A stretch of 64,000 bases of DNA from Basidiobolus meristosporus CBS 931.73 (taxonomy: Eukaryota; Fungi; Basidiobolomycota), in the NCBI GenBank assembly GCA_002104905.1, contig MCFE01000064.1, positions 1 through 64,000 of the forward strand, written 5' to 3'. Below, in pieces: positions 11,801 to 22,592 of the stretch. How positions within the stretch are numbered: position 1 is the stretch's first letter; every line of letters begins with the position of its first letter. The position numbers and the translations under genes were made by a program. The notes below the pieces were generated by a model. The model worked only from the letters and a program-made list of their open reading frames with translations. It was not told the DNA's origin and did no database searches.

Positions 11801-14681
11801 TCCCTTTGGCCTAAAGACACTTACCAGCAAGTTTCAGAGAGTCATGACTATAATACTCAAGAATGCACCATACGCATTAGTATTTGTTGATGATGTCATC
11901 ATATTTTCCACTAACCGTGATGATCATGCAGCCCATGCCACTGATGTAATCAACAGACTGACAAGTGCTGGACTGATTCTCAATGCTGAAAAGTGCAGAT
12001 TTGCCCGCCTCAAAATCAATCTACTTGGATTTATAGTCACACCAGCTGGCCACCAATTAGATCCTTTCAAACTGGTCAATATCCCAGAATGGCCAAAACC
12101 CACTAGCGCCAAGCAACTTCAACATTATCTTGGAGTATTCAACTATTTCAGGGAACACATACCACTCATGTCCTCATTGAGTGCCCCTTTAGATGCATTA
12201 CGCCATAGTCCTGATCTCACCTCAGCCTGGAACAAGACTCATGACCAAGCCTTTGAGTCACTCTGCCAACTGCTTCCACAAGCACCCACCTTATCCTACC
12301 CAGACTTTACTAAGCCCTTTATTGTTGCTACGGATGCATCTAATGTTGGGTTAGGGGCAGTCCTCTATCAAGATGAAGACCAAAATCCGCCTCACTGGAT
12401 CTCTTTCCAAGCCAGGTCCCTACAACCTGCTGAGAGAAACTACTCTGCTACCAAGAAGGAACTACTTGCCATAGTCTTTGCGTTGAAGAAGTTTCATCAG
12501 TATCTATGGGGTAATCCTTTTACCTTGTACACTGACCACCAAGCCCTTGTCTATAGCCACACTCAGAAGACTCTGACTCCAATGCTTACCAACTGGCTTG
12601 ATACTCTACTTGATTATGAATATACAGTTATTCATTGCCCAGGAATTCTCAACATCCTTCCTGACCACCTGTCAAGACTTTTTCCAACTTCACCTTGGGA
12701 GGGACATGTGATTACTGATGTAATCAGTAAACTCTCTACAACTTCCAAAATAATTCCTCAACTGGATTCAGCAACTTGGAAAATCCCACCTGAAGAACAA
12801 AGGAAAACATTGATACAGAGGAGTCATTTACTTGGCCACTTTGGAGCTGACACACTTATGAAGAAGCTACACTCTGATGGATATCACTGGCCAAATATCA
12901 AAGTTGACTGCTTAGAATTTGTCAAGTCGTGCAGAGAATGTCAACTTTACAATATCAGCTGCCATGGATTTCACCCTTTGAGCCCCATCCATGCAAGCCT
13001 TCCTATGGATCATATTGCAATTGATCTAGCTGGACCTTTCACCACTAGTGATGATGGTAATCACTACCTCTTTGTAATTGTGGATGTCTGCACACGTTTT
13101 GTCTTCCTCAAAGCTATCCCAGACAAGTATGCTGCCACTATTGCACAAGAACTATTCAAGCTCTTCTGCCTTTTTGGATTCCCTAAGGTCATTCAATCGG
13201 ATAATGGAACAGAATTTGTGAATCACGTGATCAAAGCCCTTTGCCAGAATAGCGCCATTGATCACCGTCTGATCACTCCATATCATCCCAAAGCTAATGG
13301 ACTGGCTGAAAGACATGTTCAGACCTCAGTGAACATCATCAGGAAATCTATCAAAGGTATCAAGAAGAATTGGGACAAGTACGTTCCAACTGTACAGTAT
13401 GCTATCAACACCAAAATTGCCACTCTACATGGATCAACACCATTTTCCTTGATGTTTGGAAGAAGATACAACCACTTTGGAGACTACCAGAATACAGAGT
13501 TAGCAAGTTTGAATACAGATAAGCTAAAGAACCGGCTTGAGTACCTTACCAACATTGTCTACCCTGCTATCAGTGCCAGAAGTAAGGCCTCTCAGCAAAA
13601 GATGACTTCAACGTATGCCTCAAGACACAGGAACAGCAGCTTCCCAGATGGGTCATATGTCATGACACTAGATCCAATCCGGCAATCTAAGCTTGACCCC
13701 AAGTATGAAGGACCATTCAAGGTTGTCAGACGCACTACTGGAGGATCTTATGTACTTCAGGATAACACTGGAGCACTGCTACCCAAAAACTTTCCACCTT
13801 CTTCACTCAAACTTATTTCTCAAGACCCAGTAACTTTGGAATCCTATGAAGTTGAAGCTATTGTGGACCATGATGGAGAAGAACCAAATTGCCTTTATTT
13901 AGTCAAGTGGAAAGGCTATGATGCCAAACACAACACCTGGGAACCTTACACCAACTTTGATGATGTTGCCATTATTGATCAGTATTGGAACCGCAGAGGA
14001 ACCCAGAAGGTATCAAAAAACTCCTCTTCCGGAAGGAAGTGATGTTGTGCATCAACATTTAAAACTTAGCCAATTTTACTCCGTTTGAAAATCTAGTACC
14101 CTAACTGATTTTCCCTAACCCAAACATAACAAATCCCAGTTACAGTTTATTTTATCCCACCTCAGAATCTATTTTTAGCTATCACACCTGATCTATTTTC
14201 AAATGGTCATTACGTTATCAACCTATCTGCCAAGCCTTCCCAGGTGATTAGTCATCTGAGATCTATCCAACCACTGTGCAGTTGCCAAGACATCAGTTGA
14301 TTGATGATTCCCTTGGCGCTGACTAATTCAACTTGATCAGAAAAGTATAAATAAAGTTTACTGAACCTTTTGGTTTAGTGTGTGTCTCAACAAAATTAGG
14401 ATTCTGTCTCAGCAAAAATAAGAATCCAACAATTCCGTTCTAGTTTCTATCCAAGCCTAGTATATCTAGCACTCCAAAGAACACCAAGCCTAGCCTGCCT
14501 AGCAAACAAATATCATTGCCTTTATAGCCAACCCAGCTATATCCAAGACCAATATTAGATCAGAATCTTTCTGCTAATATATCCACCACTCTCTGACAAT
14601 TCTAAGATTCTGCACTTAATTGTCCCTTTGGTTCAGTTAAACCATTCAAGAGTTTTATTACACTTTCTCTTGGATACAACA
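8879..14681 (+). mobile_element. Full-length Ty3/gypsy chromovirus LTR retrotransposon, recent insertion
   Basis: 639-bp LTRs at 8879-9517 and 14043-14681 (3 differences seen, including 5' TG changed to CG); 5-bp TSD gatcc; purine tract ggaaggaagtga before the 3' LTR; intact gag-pol. Confidence 0.97.
9558..14042 (+). CDS. Gag-Pol polyprotein with C-terminal chromodomain (PR-RT-RH-IN-CHD)
   Basis: 1494 aa. Zn knuckles CELHGKCYHSTSEC and CFKCGNKGHRSPAC; protease LLDTGS; RT FVDD; RNase H TDAS; integrase HHCC, DLAG and SDNGTEF; GPY/F motif YEGPF; chromodomain YEVEAIVDH...YLVKWKGY...NTWEP. Confidence 0.97.
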   Translation: MSSAASNPNLSMLEEARRNQEELTEQLENIMIERNTMMIEHSKLAKTRSDNHRRDELLEVISGYQDEIGIIKEALENIAIVIDSIENPPSLALHQPPRSHAFESSRSTSPSRPAPVVVPRSLPVYAEGTNAIKNPTEFLYKFSHVLAAHQLDPDTNWARLLPLCLTMQDADWVEVNIPSNSTWKIAQNLFCSHFEDPLKKAHLNCDLWKTKMQKGESVQHFCDRFKRQMRLAGVSDDNPLLTAHFLSNFSHQLQSNIAIVKACNPARSYDQISEICTLAITLTAAVSQTSGSSTQYPTTAGKETSHVTKKQSTATKHCELHGKCYHSTSECKGITKQSNKSGNTAEKQQNTKTDNPYADDKCFKCGNKGHRSPACPEKNSTPSAKITQILDDHSANDTMGYEEAYEELTVQDYHNLFEFPAKIATVQEKKQPITQLKAIEVPLTLNGQSYVALLDTGSSNSIVSPNVVRELNLEIEKRPGKIILAAKDLSAPRIGITNPINIHCGSVTIIHQMEVIDIPDGPQVVIGLDTFTKLGFHIGGLPVSYPGITKSQPLIMDQIPEIISSQPEEEELTPTFQEYSQSVKLDIQPAIERNQAIPRNSFCTIPESIVTLETPPGESTWRRQYPIPHSCQHLVDEIVQKWADNGIITQAPVNTTFNSLLTLAPKKDADGNLTLKRPCLDPRPLNKLLQDDKFPIPRIQDIFSALSGAKVFSKLDLKDAYHQFQIHPDHQHKTAFTWNNMQWMFQGAPFGLKTLTSKFQRVMTIILKNAPYALVFVDDVIIFSTNRDDHAAHATDVINRLTSAGLILNAEKCRFARLKINLLGFIVTPAGHQLDPFKLVNIPEWPKPTSAKQLQHYLGVFNYFREHIPLMSSLSAPLDALRHSPDLTSAWNKTHDQAFESLCQLLPQAPTLSYPDFTKPFIVATDASNVGLGAVLYQDEDQNPPHWISFQARSLQPAERNYSATKKELLAIVFALKKFHQYLWGNPFTLYTDHQALVYSHTQKTLTPMLTNWLDTLLDYEYTVIHCPGILNILPDHLSRLFPTSPWEGHVITDVISKLSTTSKIIPQLDSATWKIPPEEQRKTLIQRSHLLGHFGADTLMKKLHSDGYHWPNIKVDCLEFVKSCRECQLYNISCHGFHPLSPIHASLPMDHIAIDLAGPFTTSDDGNHYLFVIVDVCTRFVFLKAIPDKYAATIAQELFKLFCLFGFPKVIQSDNGTEFVNHVIKALCQNSAIDHRLITPYHPKANGLAERHVQTSVNIIRKSIKGIKKNWDKYVPTVQYAINTKIATLHGSTPFSLMFGRRYNHFGDYQNTELASLNTDKLKNRLEYLTNIVYPAISARSKASQQKMTSTYASRHRNSSFPDGSYVMTLDPIRQSKLDPKYEGPFKVVRRTTGGSYVLQDNTGALLPKNFPPSSLKLISQDPVTLESYEVEAIVDHDGEEPNCLYLVKWKGYDAKHNTWEPYTNFDDVAIIDQYWNRRGTQKVSKNSSSGRK

Positions 14682-15887
14682 GATCCACTGTCCTCTAAGT
14701 TTTGTCCCCAATCAGCATCAGAGTATCACACAAGATCCTGCACTGAGCTCTTATAGGCGTCTCCCCCCCTAACCACAAGTCACCATATGAGTCTTAACAT
14801 GTGCCAAAACTGCTTTAGAATTTTAAAGCAAATTTTAAGCTGCAGAATGATACCAAGTAATCAATAGTTCAACATCCGCACTATGGAAACCCCCATTAAT
14901 ATTGATTAACTTTACAAACATCACTAGTTACAATCAGATCGCATAGTAGTCCAGCAACAAAACAAATGGAATTGTGAGCGATGAAAAATTAGGCATTTAT
15001 GGATCTGAGCTATCCTGAAGAATCACAATGGATGGAAATCTCATCATCACAAGTGGGATGTCGGTGGAGTTATCGCAAGCCTTGCTAACCAAGCTCACAG
15101 GTGGCTTAAATTGCTGTGACAGAGGAGTGCTTGGTTTGACTTGACTATTGTTGAAAATAGCTAATCCAATCGACCCCTGACCTCCAGATTGCTAGAATGA
15201 TTGAACGTGAATAGCCTGGTAATAATCGCTTGCTGCACTTGCTACAATTAGTAATATTGGCGCCTAAATATTATCTCCCCACACCCTCCAGGTTTTCATC
15301 ACCCGAGCCTGAAGAAGCACATTCAGAACCCCTCAGTCTGCACAATGAGATTTCATTTCCAGGAAATAAGCATCTAACGCCCAGGCGGCAAAGTGGTTCC
15401 TACCCCCTAAATAATGGGCATCTCTATGGGAATTGTTGGTACGATGTTGTCAATCCAATTATTATGCTTACCACTCGCATGATAATTTGGCTCACCCCTC
15501 CATCACTGCTCAACTACACAAGTTGGTATGACGCTCCGATGGTCCACATGATTCTCGGGGTCAGATAGCGTAGGCTTGCATGGAATCAGTAATGAAAACT
15601 TCGCTTCAAGTAGGATTTATTTACATGGAGATGATCAGTTGAGAAAGCCAATAAACACTGAGACAAAGGCCGGCGAGAACGTATTCGCTGAGATCGGAAA
15701 CTATATCTTACATATGATCCATACTCCTCTCACTGGCTACCACACTTGAGTACCGCCAGGCCACTCAGTGGATTTGAATGAACAAGCAAAACTACTTGGT
15801 GGATGATCCTACCACCACAGGAATTATGTAAGGATTAGGTGGAATTATTGATAATGTTAGAGTAATGGCAATTGCAAAGTATGATGA

Positions 15888-16847
15888 CTAAAACCGAGCG
15901 AATGAGTGGCTCAAAATTGCCAATTGACGCCGGTCTTCACTGTGTAGAGCGGACTCAAGCCGCATATCAAGATATGGTACTGCCAGCGGAGGCAATGTTC
16001 TAAAACTTTGGTTGGGGCTCGCTTTCTCCAAAAGATGTGGCAAGATCTCGGGTAAGTTTGGGATGCGAGTGGGACTACCATTTTTTGGTAGAGACAAGGA
16101 ATTGTCTAGAGCCGGGCTAGCTCTACGGTCTAAAAGCCCTTCCTCTTGCTTGATTTCGAGACTGACTGGCGGCATGTTTGAAGTTAAGCTGAAAGTGCTG
16201 GTTGTTTGTGCATCTCTAGAGTGTGATGTCGAGGTAGAAGAGCTATACGGGGAGTTCCTCTTATGCTGAGCTAGATTTCTCTGTAGCTCCTTTTCAAAGT
16301 CGCTGCCAGTAGGATTCGTCATACTAACTGGCCATTCATCAGTCATGTCGGGGTACAAACCTTTCGGAATCACTATTTGAGCAAAGAACGGATCCTTTGA
16401 AGGGGAAGGCGTTTTATCAATGGACAACTGGCTCTTACGATAGTAAGCAACCAAGTGGAGCTTCCTATGATCAGCAGTAGTACATGAGAGTGATTGCTTG
16501 ATCAGACAGCTGCTGTCCACGTCCAAATCCATCAGGTTTCCGGTCATAGAAGTCATGGGCGGGGACTCGGTTAACTTTGCGGATTTACGCTTTCCCTCCA
16601 GTTCACTATAAGTAAGAAAACTTCCATGAACACGAGAGGGAGACCAGGTGCGGCCATCAGTCCACCGCCTCATTCCAGCTTCCTCCTCTTCCCATACGTA
16701 TACCGAGCCGGAGCGTAAACTTTGTCTTTCTTTATCGCTTAGCCGGCGTTGAACACGCCTAAGATAACCTAGTCTACAAGCTTCGAAGATCAGCAAGGCA
16801 TCTTGAATGCTCTCAATCACACCATAGTAGGTTTCCATGGTGGTCAT
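15888..16847 (-). CDS. pac2: Gti1/Pac2 (WOPR) family transcription factor, Pac2-like
   Basis: METYYG..DALLIFEACRLG..RVQRRLSDKERQSLRSGSVYVWEEEEAGMRRWTDGRTWSPSRVHGSFLTY matches the WOPR domain; ATG at 16847; intronless. Confidence 0.9.
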   Translation of the reverse strand: MTTMETYYGVIESIQDALLIFEACRLGYLRRVQRRLSDKERQSLRSGSVYVWEEEEAGMRRWTDGRTWSPSRVHGSFLTYSELEGKRKSAKLTESPPMTSMTGNLMDLDVDSSCLIKQSLSCTTADHRKLHLVAYYRKSQLSIDKTPSPSKDPFFAQIVIPKGLYPDMTDEWPVSMTNPTGSDFEKELQRNLAQHKRNSPYSSSTSTSHSRDAQTTSTFSLTSNMPPVSLEIKQEEGLLDRRASPALDNSLSLPKNGSPTRIPNLPEILPHLLEKASPNQSFRTLPPLAVPYLDMRLESALHSEDRRQLAILSHSFARF

Positions 16848-19800
16848 TGTGTTAAGTATATCTGGTGAAGGGCTAAGACTGCAAGGCGCAAAATGGGATT
16901 CCCAAAAGGAGGTTTTGAACAAGAAAGGGACAAAATCAAATGTGCGGGCAACAATAAGGACTGGAGAGTAACCACCAGTGAAAAAGGAAAATTCCAACCT
17001 GCGATGAAAATTCAGGGAAATCGGCTTTTAAAAGGAGAAGCCAACCTTATCGGTCGTTGAGCGACCCTGATTGGTTAGCCAAATCTATTAAATCCCTTAA
17101 ACGTATTTTGCTTTCCGACTACAGGTTTTTGGTACTGATCCTGTCATCTAAACTTAGATTAATTCCCCCCAAGCTAATACTATCTCCTCACTGACTCACC
17201 TGAGATTGTTTCATGTCACCAACAAATATGGTAAATTCTGCGAATTCCCCAAATTCAACCAATTCTACGTTTACGCAGCCCTCAATCCCTCCATTCAGCC
17301 GAATGCAACCTCGAATACCGCAAGCTCAGCCCGTATTGCGTCTGACAGAGCGTGAACAAGCTTGCAGAGAGAATATCCGACCGACACCAGACACCTCATG
17401 CTCACCTGGCTCTTGGCAAGAGACTGGATTGGGAAATTTGTGCATGGGTTACATTTCCAAGGTTAAGGGGTATGAACAGCATGCAGCCCCTCACCATAGG
17501 CAACACGTTGGACGCTGATTCCATGAGCATTAGCACCCGTTTGGCCATGATAATCTTGGAGCATTGCGGCTAGTCTTAGTCACACACCTGATTAGTCATC
17601 AGGTATGTTATTTTCGTCCATACTATTGGCTAACACGATCTACCACGGCCGAAATGACTGGAATTGAAGAGAGGTTGAACCCGGATCCCTACCACCTTGC
17701 ACATGACAAAACTGCTTCTCGCTATTTTGGGATTAGCACGGATAGGAACCTTAATTTCCTAGCCACTGGATCCCAAGGTGAATCACTCGAATGCTAGGTG
17801 ATTGGATCTGTCGATAGAGTGGTGCGGTTGCTTAGATAGGAAGGATGCATCTAGGATTGCTATACCAAGTTAGGTTATATAGGTCTCCTTCCCTCAATAG
17901 CTGTATCACGTTTCTGCTTTGAGTGGTCGCGGTCAAAGCTTTATAAGTTCTAGTACCCAGTGCTCAGAGTGGGCTAATGTTGTGCGACATTTCACTAGGC
18001 CAGGTAATATCGGTCAGTCAGTTCCCATCTGAACCGGCTGCGAAAATAGAGGTGAACATAGGGTTGGATAAAATGGGGTTGTTCGAGCATTTGCAATCAG
18101 AAGGAGTATTTTCCACATTGAGAGCGGTAAGAATGAGTGGAGGGTACACATAGATGGTATGTCTTACAAGCCAGGTCGTTTATCTGATTTTTAATAACGT
18201 TGCTAATGGCTAAGCCTATATTTAACCATCACTTCTAGATAATTGCCCATTTGATCCAGGAACTGCATGACAGCACTGGGGGGGTGAAATAAGCAAAAAG
18301 CATCTAGACTCTTTCGACTTCACTTTGAAGGTGTAGACCATATCTTGTCCACAGTCAATCACCACAAGTATTCTTAATTCAAACCCAGAACAGACCTTAC
18401 TTCAGCCTTTTGAAGGACTAATACCCAAACCTGCCCGAAACCTATCAAATTCTTTGGGCTGTACTAGGGACAAAGGCACAGGATGTTTACCTCATCAAAT
18501 CCGGTCGTACACCAACCTTGATATCCATTCTTCCAAGGATCCTCATTGGGTTTGAGGCAAACGGGTATGTCGTGGATTCAATGAGCAGAAAATTTGCTTC
18601 GTGAAATCTGAGATACGCTCAGTCACATGCATGTATATATATTTATATTACGGTTTGTCTACCGTGACAATATCAAGTGGATACCAAATTAAGCTTGCCA
18701 GTGATTCATCGGCCAATGATTACCAGCGACTGTTTCATCTCATCTTGTCCTCCAAGCCATTCATTGGATACTTTTGGCATCGTTCCCCATTCTGAACAAT
18801 GTTGTAAGTGAAGATAAACAAATCCCATCAAATCCATTTTCGAGACCATAATCCGGGCGATTATCCGGGCACTTCTCCCTATTGTTATCTCACATTCTAC
18901 TGCATCAACATTTAATTACGGCGATGTTACCCTGACCTCCTCGCCAAGTATTTTAACCTTATCCTCTGGCGATGCAATGCAATGCACCACCACTTCTGCT
19001 GTGGGCTTTTCGTGATTACCATCAATCTATTACTCTTATACAGCCATCAACTCACAACCCTGTTCAAGTACTAGGGTTTGTTTCTCAGCACCACTTGGAT
19101 GTTTGGCGTATGGGTGCCACCAACAATAGGTTCCATGGTTCACCTACGTCAGGGATTCATAATCTGACCCCGAAAAGCTATACCGGGCATCTGATATCCG
19201 GTATATCACGTGATGCTTCAAGTGGTCCTAGGTTTTGAGGATGAAGCGGTTGCGGTTATTTAAGGTGGAACATCCACATGTTGATCCATTGACATACAGG
19301 CGGGTATTTATGGGTCTGATGGCGTTTCGTAGAACACTCTGTGGTAGGTTATGCAATGGTATGCTCAAGATATTGATTGGGAATTCACCTGATGCTACAT
19401 TTAGGATGATCCTGGAATTGTATGGCTGAGAGAGACTCGAGCATGAATGCCAACCTTGAAACATACTATAAACTCCAATTAATCAGCATTTTTGTTAACA
19501 CTCTTTTTCAAGTGGTAAAGCAAGTGACAGTGGGACCTTACAAGTGAATTGGTGTGTATTTTGCAACTGACTGGTGGACTTGGGTTGTGTTTTGGAAGTG
19601 CTTGGTAAAGCCAAATCTTGCCAGGTCTGTTTTCATAATTTTTTGTATGCCCATATTTCCAAGGAATCTACTCATCCACCTTCTACAAGTATCTCTCAAT
19701 TTGGTGTCACTAGGGACCTTATGCATGGGGGCTTAGAGGTGGCACTCAATTGCTGGGTGGATAGGCATGGGCAATATCTACTGACTAATACATCCACCAC

Positions 19801-19869
19801 AATTTCTATAAGTGGCAGTTTTGGTGAAAGCAGGTATATATAATCTACAGACTTGTGTTACCAAAATAC

Positions 19870-20218
19870 TGTTGTAAAAATTTGTAATTCCACCTAAATA
19901 TTCACCTAACTTAGTCACTTAGATCATTACCTTCAAATCCTAGAGAATACTGACCAAATTCCTTGTTGGGATTTACTTAGAATATTTTCACCAAAATACC
20001 AGGTACCCAGAACTTGAAAATTCTCAAAGTTATCCAAACAGCCCCAAACTCTGCACACATGCTCTTGAGACCTTTCTTAACCTATTCTACAGGTTGTTTA
20101 TGATAAGACCATATATAAGTATAAATACTACTTTTACATTGAAGAAATCATTAAGTGAAAACCACATAATCTACTTGTCCTCCCAATCACTTCCAATATC
20201 TCCTAGACTCCTACAACA
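19870..20218 (+). mobile_element. Solo LTR of the copia family, 349 bp
   Basis: Colinear with LTR 22593-22941; TG...CA ends; near-perfect TSD aatac/aacac. Confidence 0.9.
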
Positions 20219-21290
20219 AACACAATCAAGGCATGTGATAGACATTTGGGCCATTTTTTGAAATATGCAATTTAGGGTTTGGACTAAGAGGTGAATTGGT
20301 GTAATTTGATGAATGTATGCTTTGGGCTTGCAGATGAGGCAGCATACTCTGTGTAAGTATTTTTGCCAAGATTACTGAATTATGTCAGGGAAGCTCATCC
20401 AAAATTTCTGCTGACATAGAGGACTTTGCATAGTAAATCATTGGCCCTGTTTAATTTCCTGAGATTCAACATGAATTAACGCAACACTGACTGCATTTGA
20501 CAGACTTTTTGAATGCTTAATTGGAAGCCAACAAGAAATATACAAATAGCAGGTAGTAATCATTATCTAATACTTCAAAATTGGGATTATTTGAGCTCCT
20601 TGATTGTGATCCACCCCAAATATGATTTAAAATTGTCAGGCAAAAAAGTCAACTAGAAACCAGTAGAAGATCATAATATCAGCAGAACTATAAGTTTCTT
20701 TCAGCTTACAGCTCTTAATACCCTTGGTTCTAGCTATTAGGCTGATAAGAGGACATAGTTTCATGGAGGAGGCAATACTGAGGAACACTATTACAGGATT
20801 TGATCACCCATTACTCACCACTTTCACATATATTGGTAATCAAAAGTATGAAGGAGAAACACCAGCTGAATGCCAGTAAAATACCACTAGAATACCAGTA
20901 GACTACTGGTAGATTATCAAATGAGCTATAAGTATGGGGTTTATCCAAGGGAGATGTTGGGTTGTGTATGAGCATAAGAATATGGCAGCTGGGTTGTATA
21001 CTCTACCTGGTGTTGTATATGCAAAAGTCTGTGAGTTGTGTGAAATAGTAGATAGAAGTACCTATACTTATTTAACACTAAAAGGCAGGCAGGTTACTAC
21101 CAAAGCTTTAAGTGAAAGTAGTTCAATGCATCTACCCAAAATCATCATTGTGTTGTAATACTCCTCATTATCATTTGCTAGAGCTGTAGAGATTTTGAAG
21201 GTGATAAGAGCAGCTTTTATGGGTGTATGTACCTCAGGAAGTGAAATAAGATGCTTAGGAGTGTTTGGAAAAGTTAGGGACACTGATGTT

Positions 21291-21597
21291 TCTTGTAAAG
21301 GTTTTGAAGATGCAGGAAGTGGTTGGGAGAACAGGTAGATAATGTAGCGCTCTATTAATGATTTATTGAATGTGAAAGTTGTATTTATACTTATATATGG
21401 TCTTGGCATTACAAACACATAGAATATGTCTAGGATGGTCCCAAAGCATGTGCGCAAAGTTTGGGGCTGTTTGGACAACTTTGAGAATTTTCATGTTCTG
21501 GGACCTGATGTTAAGGTAAAATATTCTAAATTACTCCCAACAAGGAATTTGGTCAGTAATCTTTAAGATATGTAGGTAATAATCTAAGTGACTAAGT
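21291..21597 (-). mobile_element. Diverged antisense copia-family LTR, truncated at the next LTR
   Basis: Reverse complement aligns to the copia LTR (ttggggctgtttggacaactttgagaattttcatgttctggg; ccaacaaggaatttggtcagta). Confidence 0.8.
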
Positions 21598-21946
21598 TCT
21601 TGTAAAAATTTGTATTTCCACCTAAATATTCACCTAACTTAGTCATTTAGATCATTACCTTCATATCCTGGAGAATACTGACCAAATTCCTTGTTGGGAT
21701 TTACTTAGAATATTTTCACCAAAATACCAGGTACCCAGAACATGAAAATTTGATAAGTTGTCCAGACAGCCCAAAACTTTGCACACATGTTCTTGGGACC
21801 TTTCTTAACCTACTCTACATGCTTGTTATGCCATGATCATGTAAAAGTATAAATACTACTTTTACATTCAATACATGATTAAGAAAAAACCACTTAATCT
21901 ACTTGTCCTCCCAATCACTTCCAATATCTCCAAGACTCTTACAACA
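21598..21946 (+). mobile_element. Solo LTR of the copia family with non-matching flanks
   Basis: 349 bp, colinear with the copia LTR; left flank taagt and right flank attta do not form a TSD. Confidence 0.88.
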
Positions 21947-22085
21947 ATTTAAAACTAAAAGGCAGGCAGGTTACTACCAAAGCTTTAAGTGGAACTAGCT
22001 CAATGTATCTACCCAAAATCATCAATGTGTTGCAATACTCCTCATTATCAATTGCTAGAGCTGTAAAGATTTTGAAGGTGATAAG

Positions 22086-22434
22086 TGTTGCAATATTCTG
22101 AGGAGTATTGAAAGTGATGTGGAGAGCTAGAGGACTTACATGTTATTCACTTGTAGATTTATTGTTCAAAAGTGTGGTATTTATACTTTTTATTAAGTAG
22201 AGCAAACATATGGGTAGAGTTTGTTAAGGAAGATCCCAAGAATATGTGTGCAAAGTTTGGGGGCTTTTAGACAACTTTGAGAAAGATCATAATCTGGGTA
22301 CCTGATAATTTGGTGAAAATATTCTAAGTAAATTCCGACAAGACATTTGGTCAGGACAGAATGCTAACTAAAGAATAAGAGCTATGTGACTAAGTTAGCA
22401 TGAATATTTTGGTGACAACCTAATAATTACAACA
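22086..22434 (-). mobile_element. Diverged antisense solo LTR related to the copia LTR, 349 bp
   Basis: TGTTG...CAACA ends; 5-bp TSD ataag at 22081-22085 and 22435-22439; absent from the duplicate host sequence at ~21205. Confidence 0.85.
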
Positions 22435-22592
22435 ATAAGAACAGCTTTTAGAGGTGTATGTACCTCAGGAAGTGAAAATAGATGCTTAGGAGTGTTTGGA
22501 AAAGCTTGGGAGACTGATATTTCTTGTAAAGGTTTTGGAGATGCAGGAAGTGGTTGGGAGAACAAGTAGTTAATATAGTGTTCAGTTAATAA

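Noticed and set aside
14968-14990. lac-operator-like ggaattgtgagcgatgaaaaatt
   Set aside because: Only 13 nt match exactly and there is no surrounding vector or lac sequence; likely chance
15230-15568. 112-aa plus-strand ORF downstream of pac2
   Set aside because: TTG start, no recognisable motif, no supporting splice or promoter signal
17213-19450. Possible LINE or tyrosine-recombinase relic (SRYFGISTDRNLNF near 17720; YTGH and KILIG strings near 19180-19400)
   Set aside because: Motif resemblance is short and scattered across frames; needs a BLASTX/HMM search to support
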